The notes under the pieces: model-generated | The model's database searches: none | Told to the model about the DNA's origin: nothing | What the model saw: only the letters and a program-made list of their open reading frames with translations | Assembly: GCF_004010195.1 (NCBI RefSeq) | Contig: NW_025215370.1 | Coordinates: 28,948-92,947 of the forward strand | DNA from: Chiloscyllium plagiosum | Lineage: Eukaryota | Direction of reading: 5' to 3' | Length of the DNA: 64,000 nucleotides | Translations under genes and position numbers: made by a program | Shown: positions 62,171 to 64,000 of the stretch, one piece after another | How the letters are laid out: every line of letters begins with the position of its first letter | Numbering within the stretch: the first letter of the stretch is position 1

Positions 62171-62729
62171 GAGACCCACTTTGAGGGAGTTTAGTCTCAG
62201 TTAGGGGCAGGCAACTGTGCTGAAGTCTTAATGGCTGGGTAATGGCAAGGTTATGTCTGGAATACGGCACGCGGTTTCTTTCTCCTGTTCCTCGGTGTTT
62301 TGGGAAGGATATGTACGGCGGGGGGGTGAGGGGGCAGGGATTAGTGGAAAAAGGGGTTTGGTTGGATCAGGAGCCTGAGGAATTGGGGGGGGGGGAAAGG
62401 GGGGCAGGGGTTTGATGGGACATGCATTCTGATGGCAACGGATGTGATCAGCGAGGGGGTTCAACAGGGATCAATGTTCGGATGTGGCCCACCCCATCCT
62501 GCCCAACACCCCAAACCTTGGGACTGGGCTATCAACAACACTGGGTTGGAGACGTGCTGTTACTTCAGAAAGAGATAAGGAGAAATGTCACAATCCGACA
62601 TCTAAGTGGTGGGGTAGGCGGGGGAAGTTTTGGAATTCTCATCACCCCCTCTTCGAATATCCCCCTCAAAAGAGTTGAGCATGGGGGTGGATGACCTGTC
62701 GTTGAATCTGGGGCAGAGATTTCATCTAA

Positions 62730-63085
62730 CATAGAACATTACAGCGCAGTACCGATCCTTGATTTTGCACCAACCTTTGGAACCAATCCGAAAGCCCATC
62801 TAACCCACACGATTCCATTCCCATCCATATGCCTATCCAATGACCATTTAAATGCCCTTAAAGTTGGTGAGTCTACTACTGTTGCAGGCACTGTGTTCCA
62901 CGCCCCTACTACTTCTGAGTAAAGAAACTATCTCTGACGTCTCTCCTATATCACCCCTCAATTTAAAGCTATGTCCCCTCGTACTAGCCATCACCATCCA
63001 AGGAAAAAGACTCTCAACGTCCACCCAATCGAACCCTCTGATTATCTGATATGTCTCTATTAAGTCACCTCTCAATCGCCTTCTT
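62730..63085 (-). mobile_element. CR1 3' end fragment
   Basis: Minus RRRLRGDLIETYQIIRGFD...TRGHSFKLRG. Confidence 0.85.
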
Positions 63086-63405
63086 GGGATCTGTCTAGGG
63101 GTGGGGAATGCAGGAGCTGAAGATGCTGGGATGGGCGCTGTTGGTATTGAGTTTGTGATGGGCCGAACGGCCATGATCTTCTGCCCCAGAGGGATACTCA
63201 ACGATCACAGCTGAAGGTGGAATTGTCAGTTGGAGAGGAGTTACAGTGAAGGAGTGGGGGCAGAAGGTTATTGGGAAGCATTGCCAACCTCGGGGTAAGT
63301 GTGAGAATTGTGGGGCGAAGGGGTTTCTGGGCGATGAGCGGGCGGAGTCAGGGCAGCACCTACAACTGGTCAGGAAGTGTTAATGTGCCCCATTTCCCCA
63401 CGCAG

Positions 63406-63498
63406 AGTGTCCCACCAAAACCTTCGGCTATGACTGCCTCAGGTCCTGCGAGTGTCCTGATGACAGCACGTGTGACCATGTGACGGGAAGCTGCTCAG
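63406..63498 (+). CDS. PEAR1: PEAR1 coding exon 15 (apparently shortened EGF): KCPTKTFGYDCLRSCECPDDSTCDHVTGSCS(G)
   Basis: cacgcag acceptor, phase 1; the 3' boundary at CAG|gtacag is inferred and less certain. Confidence 0.75.
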
Positions 63499-63659
63499 GT
63501 ACAGCAGGAAGTCTCAGCGGCGCAGCACTCCCCACTCACACTGCTAAAATAGAACCCGAGGCCTCGTCCCACAATCCCAGGCATGCACTGGTCTCGGAGG
63601 CCCCAGCTCTTCACAACAGAGACCTGGGTACTCTAATCCAACTGGCACTCTACACAGCA

Positions 63660-63770
63660 ACAACACTGAGGGAGCTGGCACTGTTGGAGGGTCAGGGCTG
63701 AGGAAGCGGGCCTGTTGGAGGGTCAGCACCGAGGCAGTGGCCACTGTTGGAGGGTCAGCGCTGAGGCCAA
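63660..63770. repeat. Degenerate 32-bp satellite units (G-rich strand)
   Basis: ctgttggagggtcagcgctgagg units. Confidence 0.7.
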
Positions 63771-64000
63771 GTATGGGAGAGGGGTCAGGAAAGGTGCCCC
63801 TTTGTCCACGAGCCGGTTCAGTCCTTCAGCCAACACCTTATCTGATGGAAAACCTGCCTCGTTGGTATGGGGACGGTCTGGTAACTGATCTACACAACAG
63901 TGCTTGATTGAGAGCCTGGACCACAAAGGTGACTGGAAACAGGAGAGCAGACGTTTTGATGCTTGCTAAGATATTTTCAGTCTGTTGTAAATAAAACCGT

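Overview
Eukaryotic, repeat-dense vertebrate DNA, most likely a shark or other elasmobranch, judged from HE1-type V-SINEs, CR1/HER1 LINE tails and DeuSINE-like remnants. Two spliced genes lie in divergent orientation. (1) Minus strand: coding exons 2-5 of ubiquilin-4 (UBQLN4) at 11869-12020, 3068-3231, 1942-2204 and 739-897. Exon 1 is not visible and may lie in the 500-N gap at 28002-28501; the 3' exons run off the left edge. (2) Plus strand: 15 phase-consistent coding exons (40711-63498, about 684 codons) of a PEAR1 (MEGF10/11/PEAR1 family) receptor, with signal peptide, EMI domain and EGF/laminin-EGF repeats; the TM and cytoplasmic exons lie beyond the right edge. The remainder is CR1, RTE, L2-like and Penelope retroelement fragments, SINEs, two TA-flanked MITEs and several minisatellite families. 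I cannot support a genuinely new multi-gene system. The best leads are: Penelope-derived fold-back elements carrying minimal hammerhead ribozyme motifs; a 32-bp satellite apparently born inside a DeuSINE; a V-SINE with a 53-bp internal VNTR; a recent 75-bp fold-back inversion; a near-perfect 2.5-kb CpG-rich array in PEAR1 intron 1; and an altered PEAR1 EGF exon complement. Repeat family names and reference protein comparisons come from remembered consensus sequences, not from a database search. Repeat boundaries are approximate.
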